Under the pieces are notes generated by a model, which had not been told where the DNA came from, did no database searches, and worked only from the letters and a program-made list of their open reading frames with translations. Made by a program: the position numbers and the translations under genes. Below are positions 58,334 to 64,000 of a stretch of DNA of 64,000 nucleotides, piece by piece. The DNA is from an uncultured Gammaproteobacteria bacterium (GTDB lineage: Bacteria; Patescibacteriota; Patescibacteriia; Magasanikbacterales; GWA2-37-8). How positions within the stretch are numbered: position 1 is the stretch's first letter; every line of letters starts with the position of its first letter. Where the stretch lies: contig CAZQUL010000001.1 of assembly GCA_964596525.1 (NCBI GenBank), positions 601,956 through 665,955 of the forward strand. Reading direction: 5' to 3'.

Positions 58334-58762
58334 TTATAAGGGCTTTTTTTCGTCAAATAAAGATTTAACTATCATAAAAATCTGACCCACGATCAAAAGA
58401 GGCGAAAAAAGAATTATAAGCGCCACGTTCCCCAAGGGAAATCCCCGGTAAAATGGTTCCGCCGGCGTTAGACGCAGTCCAGCGGCCTCAAAACGGGCCT
58501 GGATCTCGGTGGGCTGAATTTGGTCAGTATCGAACAACACGTCGACATACTCGTTCAGATCGTCACTCTCGCGTTTCCAAGGAATATGCTGGCAGTTAAA
58601 ATCATTATTAATATTCACGTCCGCCTCGCCGTGGATCATCTCTTCAAGTAGATAGTTAACGCTGTGACGATAGTATTTCTCGCGATAGGGATTGCTCCAG
58701 CCCAGAACGCGGAAACGGATGAGTTTTATGGAGGGATAGGGGAGACCGAGGTAGAGCATCAT
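58334..58762 (-). CDS. Hypothetical membrane-anchored protein (start uncertain)
   Basis: ORF with C-terminal TM; possible upstream frameshift. Confidence 0.55.
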   Translation of the reverse strand: MMLYLGLPYPSIKLIRFRVLGWSNPYREKYYRHSVNYLLEEMIHGEADVNINNDFNCQHIPWKRESDDLNEYVDVLFDTDQIQPTEIQARFEAAGLRLTPAEPFYRGFPLGNVALIILFSPLLIVGQIFMIVKSLFDEKKPL

Positions 58763-58842
58763 ATAGTAGAGTTCATCTCTAGCGAGCCGTATAAGTTTTT
58801 CAGGGGAAAAATTTGATCCGATGATGAACTAAGGTTCATTAG

Positions 58843-59766
58843 TCACAGTTTTTTTACTTCTTCGCATGTCGGGTAAAAGATTGTTTTTGGCCGGCTGTAA
58901 CTGCCGTCCTCAAAAAGCGTCCAGGCGTAATCTTTGCTGACGGTTGTATTGCTGGTGCATTCGTGTGTGCCGCCATAACAGCGCCATGTCAGGTGTCCTT
59001 GCGCGGCCGATGTCCCGCAAGGGTATACATCACCACCGCCCGTTCCGGTATCCCCGATGGCCGGTAACCCGCGGTAAGCATGGATTGTTTTTCCTTGCAC
59101 GGCTAGTATGATCGTCGAACTGCGCGCGAAAGCTTCTTCGGCGCGGACGCCCTGGTATTCATTAAAATAATAGGGCGAAGTACTGGCGCTCCACAGGCTT
59201 CCGGCAACGATATCGGTATTTCCTTCTCGGCAAAAATAATAGGTGTAGATATCTCGTCCGTACCTTGTACGTGCAAAGTTTTGAATTTTTTCCGATAGAT
59301 TTTTTAGGTATTCCGGCGTATAAATCGTCAGGTGCGTAGTCTGTTGTCGGTTGGTAGTAAAGGCGGGTAAAGTGCTTACCTTTTGGTAGGTTTCCGAATC
59401 ATTAATCAGGGTCGTGATGAGATCGCCGCCTTCAGTGCGCGCTTGCCGATAGCCGATGCAGTCGTCACGGTCGTAGGTATAAAAATAAAGATAGTAGTCT
59501 GATTGGCTTTGATGGCTAATACTTTTATATTCCGATTGGGGAATTATCTTTTTATCAAAGTAATTAGTCTTATAAAAATTGAGCAGCTTTTGACGCTCAT
59601 CGGCAGTCATTTCTTCGGGCCGTGTAACCGACGCAGCGATGGAGGCTGCTTTAGTCGAAGATTGTGTTCTCGATTGCGCCTGTTTACTTGCTGGCAAGTT
59701 CGTTGAGCAACCGGAGATAAGTAATGACAAAGTAATGAGATAGAATATCGAGCGATAGGTAGGCAT
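58843..59766 (-). CDS. Putative lipoprotein
   Basis: LISGC lipobox. Confidence 0.7.
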   Translation of the reverse strand: MPTYRSIFYLITLSLLISGCSTNLPASKQAQSRTQSSTKAASIAASVTRPEEMTADERQKLLNFYKTNYFDKKIIPQSEYKSISHQSQSDYYLYFYTYDRDDCIGYRQARTEGGDLITTLINDSETYQKVSTLPAFTTNRQQTTHLTIYTPEYLKNLSEKIQNFARTRYGRDIYTYYFCREGNTDIVAGSLWSASTSPYYFNEYQGVRAEEAFARSSTIILAVQGKTIHAYRGLPAIGDTGTGGGDVYPCGTSAAQGHLTWRCYGGTHECTSNTTVSKDYAWTLFEDGSYSRPKTIFYPTCEEVKKL

Positions 59767-59884
59767 ACTTTTTTGTTTAACACATTAATTATACTAAATC
59801 TATTTACCGGAAAATGGAAATAAAAGGTAAGAAAATGAGCAGTTTTTTGAAAACTGCTCAAAGTATTTTCGACGCTTGTCGCGG

Positions 59885-60919
59885 TTACGGACGAAGCGTG
59901 AAAATTTTGCGCGGACTGCTGCTCATGATTACGCTGAAGTTGTACTCAACGCCTTTTGCGTATGAGCCAGTATCGTAGCAGTATGTTCCGCCTCCACAGC
60001 CGCGCCATCGGCCGTTAGGATCGTTGGCGATAATCGTGGCGGTTCGATAGTCGTTACCGTTAAAGCCGGTTACGACAATGTAGTGTCCCGCGCTGCTGAA
60101 CGCTCGTGAGCCGAGAATGACCGGCCGTCCGGCACGTATCTCTGTTTGGATGGCGGAAAAAATTTGTGCCGAACTCGACTCGTCGTAACCTATGGCTAGG
60201 CTGTACGTCCCTTGCAGGTAGTCGATCAGAACATCTTTTCCCCGGAGTCCTTCGGGGCCGGACGTGGCCGCAAAACACGATTGGGCAGCTGTGATCATGC
60301 TATTCTTGTCGGCTCTGATTTTGGCTTGATAGGCCAAGATCATTGCCGCGCTGGTCGAAGCACAGGCTGACGGGCCGATTACCGGGATTTCGTATTGGCT
60401 GAAGTACGGCACGTCCAGCTCTAGCCGATTCCCGACTTCCCACGATACCGACAGGCTGAACCCGGCATCCACATTGCTCGCGACGTAAAAGTAGTCGCTG
60501 CTACCGAAGCCAGTGCCCTGCATTCGATCCACGTATAGAGCCCCGTTTGTACTCGTGCCGCGGTACAGCCATCCCAGGCCTGTCCAACTGTAGCGTGTCA
60601 GATCAGGATTGCCTTTCGTCGGTGTCAACGTGGCGAAGTATGTTTGATTGCTGGCTAAACCTGAAGGCTTAAAGAGCACTCCAGAACCGCCAAACAATGA
60701 AAAGCCTGTGGTGTAATTGAGGCCTTGCCGCAGCATGCCTGTCTGACCACTTTCTTCCGCGTTCGACGTATCTGCAGAAGAGAAGTTTCGGAGGTGAATT
60801 ACACTCCCATCAGATGCAGGGAGTTCTCCTGTGGCTGTACCGTCGCACCCCAACATTAGAAGCGCTGCCCCTGCGAGCATCGCCACGCCGCTTGTCAACG
60901 AACGAACGCTTTTCAACAT
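59885..60919 (-). CDS. Lipoprotein with C39-like cysteine peptidase domain
   Basis: MLGC lipobox, LDVPYFSQ, ACASTSAAM, GHYIVVTG and NDP.G. Likely start ATG 60919. Confidence 0.82.
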   Translation of the reverse strand: MLKSVRSLTSGVAMLAGAALLMLGCDGTATGELPASDGSVIHLRNFSSADTSNAEESGQTGMLRQGLNYTTGFSLFGGSGVLFKPSGLASNQTYFATLTPTKGNPDLTRYSWTGLGWLYRGTSTNGALYVDRMQGTGFGSSDYFYVASNVDAGFSLSVSWEVGNRLELDVPYFSQYEIPVIGPSACASTSAAMILAYQAKIRADKNSMITAAQSCFAATSGPEGLRGKDVLIDYLQGTYSLAIGYDESSSAQIFSAIQTEIRAGRPVILGSRAFSSAGHYIVVTGFNGNDYRTATIIANDPNGRWRGCGGGTYCYDTGSYAKGVEYNFSVIMSSSPRKIFTLRP

Positions 60920-61117
60920 GACCCATCTTCTTTCCGCCGGTATCATAAAACCGGCCTCGTTGCCGGTGTAAGAAAAAAAACGCCTCAACGCGAGACGTTC
61001 CCTCCTTACTACCGAAGAATAGTTTAGACCTGCAAAAATCGAGCGCATGGGTTTCGTGTGGATAAGATTCAAATGTAAGTACGCATCGGGCTCATTTTCT
61101 GCTACGATTATCTCACT

Positions 61118-61846
61118 ATGAAAAAACTCCACCACCTCATCCTCCCTTCCTTTGATTTGGCTTCGCAGACTCCCGGTTCACCGTTCACCCTAACCGATCG
61201 TGCTTCCCTCCATCACCTCACGCGCGTTCTCAAACTCACTCCCGGCGAATGTTGTGTCGTGGGTGATGGCAAAGGAGTGCAGCTCTTCCTCGAACTCACC
61301 GACGTCGGAATACAAAAACTATCCGGCATCGTCCGCGAAGTCTTTCGGGGGAGAGGGGAGAGTAAACGCTCGGTTGCGCTCTGCATTGCCGTCCTCAAAC
61401 GCGACTCCTTCGAATGGGCTGTCCAAAAGGCCGTCGAAGTCGGTGTTACAACGATTGTTCCGCTTCTCACCGAACGCACCGTCAAAACCGGTTTCAACAA
61501 AGAACGCCTCATGACCATCATCCGCGAAGCGGTGGAACAATCCGAACGCAGTGTTGTGCCTAAACTCTATGACCCGATGAAGCTCGGCGATGCGTTCACC
61601 TGGTGTGTGCAAGAAAAGCACATGCCGTACTGGTGTGATACGCCGTCTGATTTTCAGCGTGATTCATCTTTTGTCGGTAGCCAGCCGGCGGCGGTATTTA
61701 TCGGTCCAGAGGGTGGTTGGAGTGAAGCTGAGCGTCTGCGGGCTCATTCTCAGAATGTGCAGACGTTACTTCTCACCCCCACCGTCCTGCGCGCCGAGAC
61801 TGCTGCAACGCTCGCCTGCTTTGCACTTCTCGGTCAAAACGAGTAA
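61118..61846 (+). CDS. rsmE: 16S rRNA m3U1498 methyltransferase
   Basis: HHLTRVL, QKAVEVGV, EAVEQS, IGPEGG and LRAETA. Confidence 0.95.
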   Translation: MKKLHHLILPSFDLASQTPGSPFTLTDRASLHHLTRVLKLTPGECCVVGDGKGVQLFLELTDVGIQKLSGIVREVFRGRGESKRSVALCIAVLKRDSFEWAVQKAVEVGVTTIVPLLTERTVKTGFNKERLMTIIREAVEQSERSVVPKLYDPMKLGDAFTWCVQEKHMPYWCDTPSDFQRDSSFVGSQPAAVFIGPEGGWSEAERLRAHSQNVQTLLLTPTVLRAETAATLACFALLGQNE

Positions 61847-61886
61847 GGTAATGGTACAATTTACCTAAGCCCCTAACGTGTCAGCT

Positions 61887-62348
61887 ATGCCTCTCTCTGC
61901 CCGTGTTACAGCTCCCACCTTTTCCCTTTCCGACCAAGACGGCAAACTCCACAGCCTTGCCGATTACCGCGGCTCATGGGTCGTGCTCTACTTTTATCCC
62001 AAAGACGACACTCCGGGATGCACCAAAGAAACCTGCAGTTTCCGGGACAACCTCCCGCACTTCAAAGATCTCAAGGCCCAGGTTTTCGGTATTAGCGCCG
62101 ACTCGGTGAAAAGCCACAAGAAATTCGCCGAAAAATTCCAGGTTTCCTTTCCGCTCCTGTCCGATGAAAGTAAAGAAACCATCCATGCGTACGGCGTCTG
62201 GGGCAAGAAAAAGTTTATGGGGCGCGAATACGACGGTATTTTGCGCACTACCTTTATTATCAATCCGCAAGGGGAGATCGCGCGGGTGTTTGAGAATGTA
62301 AAGCCGGAAGGGCATGCCGAAGAAGTTATGCGGGCTATTTCTTCCTAA
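61887..62348 (+). CDS. bcp: Thioredoxin-dependent peroxiredoxin BCP
   Basis: YFYPKDDTPGCTKETC. Confidence 0.95.
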   Translation: MPLSARVTAPTFSLSDQDGKLHSLADYRGSWVVLYFYPKDDTPGCTKETCSFRDNLPHFKDLKAQVFGISADSVKSHKKFAEKFQVSFPLLSDESKETIHAYGVWGKKKFMGREYDGILRTTFIINPQGEIARVFENVKPEGHAEEVMRAISS

Positions 62349-62413
62349 GTAAGGCCCTTTCACACCCTGCAACGCACCCTGGCCAGGCTTTTTTGCCGCC
62401 ACGACCTCTATTC

Positions 62414-62442
62414 TTGACATTTCTCGCTTCTTCCTTTAGGAT
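62414..62442 (+). promoter_or_regulatory. Sigma70 promoter
   Basis: TTGACA-N17-TAGGAT. Confidence 0.55.
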
Positions 62443-62460
62443 AGCGTCACGTTCTTCTCT

Positions 62461-62802
62461 ATGGCTCGACAATCGCGCGCCTCCGATTCTTCCAGTGAGG
62501 CGCTTAAATTCATCACCAAATGTCCGCTCTGTAACGAAGCGTACGACCCGAGCCGTGCTCACTTTTTTGGTAAAACCGATCGTGCCACGCTCGTGCACAT
62601 TACCTGTCTCAACTGTCAGAGCTATTTCATGGCCATGGTCGTCATGATGGGGCACGGCCTTAGTTCTGTGGGCATGATCACCGATTTGAGCCTCTCTGAT
62701 GCCGAACGTCTGTACCAAGCCCCGCCCGTCACGCTCGACGAAGCTCTCAAGGCTGTGGAAGAAATGGAAAACCCCTCTTTTATCTCGCATTTTATTTCTT
62801 AA
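62461..62802 (+). CDS. Zn-binding hypothetical protein
   Basis: CPLC...HITCLNC...GMITDL motif. Confidence 0.75.
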   Translation: MARQSRASDSSSEALKFITKCPLCNEAYDPSRAHFFGKTDRATLVHITCLNCQSYFMAMVVMMGHGLSSVGMITDLSLSDAERLYQAPPVTLDEALKAVEEMENPSFISHFIS

Positions 62803-62826
62803 AAAAATTCCGTTTAACCGTTATAT

Positions 62827-63531
62827 ATGTCCCATAGTTTGGTTGCCCTCACTCGCTCTGGCCGCGCCGATGTTACCCGCGCCAGTGGTCAAATCCCCGG
62901 TACGCTCTACGGCGGTACCTTACCTCCGGCTTCCATTGCCGTCGATCTGCAGCAGTTTACCAAGCTTTACTCCGAAGCTGGTGAGTCCACCCTTATCGAC
63001 CTCACGGTTGATGGCAAGAGCGCTGGCAAGGTTCTTGTTCAGGATGTTCAGCATGACCCGCTTACGTCGCGCCTCATCCACCTCGATCTGCGCCGCATCG
63101 ACATGAACAAAGAGCTCACTGCTCCGGTCGAACTGCGCTTCGTGGGCGAAGCTCCGGTCATCAAAGCTTCGGGTGGTACGCTCGTCACTACCCTCAATAC
63201 AGTTACGGTTAAATGTTTGCCGAAAGATCTCGTTTCACACATTGACGTCAATATTTCTACACTTGCTTCCTACGATGTATCGATTGCGGTAAAAGACATC
63301 GTCGTTCCTGCGGGCATTGCCATCATCGAACCGGCCCCAGAAGCGCTCGTCGTCAAAGCCGCCCCGGCTATCACCGAAGAAGAAATCAAAGCTATGGAAG
63401 AAGCTGGCAAAGCTCCAGTCGACCTCTCGAAGATCGAATCTGCGGTCAAGAAGAAAGAGAAAGAAGATGAAGCTGAAGGTGCTGCCGCCGCTACCGAAGG
63501 TGACAAGGCCGAAAAGTCCGACAAAAAATAA
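62827..63531 (+). CDS. rplY: 50S ribosomal protein L25/Ctc
   Basis: IPGTLYG, VQHDP...HLDL and CLPKDL; acidic tail. Confidence 0.95.
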   Translation: MSHSLVALTRSGRADVTRASGQIPGTLYGGTLPPASIAVDLQQFTKLYSEAGESTLIDLTVDGKSAGKVLVQDVQHDPLTSRLIHLDLRRIDMNKELTAPVELRFVGEAPVIKASGGTLVTTLNTVTVKCLPKDLVSHIDVNISTLASYDVSIAVKDIVVPAGIAIIEPAPEALVVKAAPAITEEEIKAMEEAGKAPVDLSKIESAVKKKEKEDEAEGAAAATEGDKAEKSDKK

Positions 63532-63551
63532 TCTTCCAACACGTATACCAC

Positions 63552-63576
63552 AAAACGGGATGAACTCCCGTTTTTT
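63552..63576 (+). terminator. Intrinsic terminator after rplY
   Basis: AAAACGGGA-tgaac-TCCCGTTTTTT. Confidence 0.75.
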
Positions 63577-63744
63577 GGTTCGTCAAAACCTTTAAGTTTA
63601 AGAGTTTGTCAGATTAACATCAGCGAGTGTGCTATCATTGTCTTGGTAAGATAGGGGTGAGGTGTCGAGGTGGGGTTTTATGTTTCATATATAATTTAAA
63701 ACCGCATGACGTTCCGTCTGCGGCTTGAAGGTGCGGTGGTGATA

Positions 63745-64000
63745 TTATACGGCGAGGTGCGTATCGAACCAGCGGACGAGCTTGGTCCACTGTTCGGTAG
63801 AAAAGGCCCCTTCCGCGCACCGCTCAGGGTTGGAAGCGCCGGGCGTTCCCCAGATGACAATCATCATGCCAGGGAGCCCGTAATCTTTGTACACCGCAGC
63901 ATGACTCCGGGGGCTCGGCGGATGATCGGTCGCGCCGATAGTGCCGCGCAGATCAATGGTGCGCATGGTGGGCTCGCTGAACCTATCCGGTGCGGAAATG
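63745..64000 (-). CDS. Partial hypothetical protein (5' end outside window)
   Basis: The frame remains open from 63966 to the window edge. Confidence 0.45.
   Translation of the reverse strand, partial: ISAPDRFSEPTMRTIDLRGTIGATDHPPSPRSHAAVYKDYGLPGMMIVIWGTPGASNPERCAEGAFSTEQWTKLVRWFDTHLAV

Noticed and set aside
1-64000. CRISPR array, tRNA or rRNA genes
   Set aside because: No regularly spaced repeats and no convincing cloverleaf. GTTCAA-like loops at 5131 and 26089 lack D and anticodon arms. tRNAscan-SE would be definitive.

Overview
The window looks like a Patescibacteria (CPR)-type chromosome. This is inferred from SD-less housekeeping genes, a short UvrC, a compact UvrA and GxGC-type lipoprotein signals. 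About 45.5 kb at the left is a composite accessory island. In order it holds: type I R-M (hsdM/hsdS), an AbiE type IV toxin-antitoxin pair and a degenerate RadC/JAB gene; a podovirus-like packaging/structure/lysis operon (5.3-26 kb) with no visible replication or integrase gene; a Vsr/HNH/C5-methylase cassette; a large serine recombinase + TerS-like + ParB-methylase + LexA-like module; an E2-type CBASS locus; and an amber-interrupted pseudogene. The island ends with the most striking element, a 7-kb putative aminoacyl-nucleoside biosynthesis/immunity cluster (MccF-like S66 peptidase, aldo-keto reductase, radical SAM, two truncated AlaRS paralogs, NTase-like protein, peptidase E) bracketed by duplicated, hairpin-forming boundary repeats. 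Several intergenic regions fold into attenuator- or c4-like RNAs. The right ~18.5 kb is host backbone (uvrA, uvrC, rsmE, bcp, rplY) mixed with orphan secreted proteins, two with MYXO-CTERM-like tails. I found no CRISPR array, tRNA, rRNA or reverse transcriptase. All assignments come from motif recognition by eye; no database search was run.
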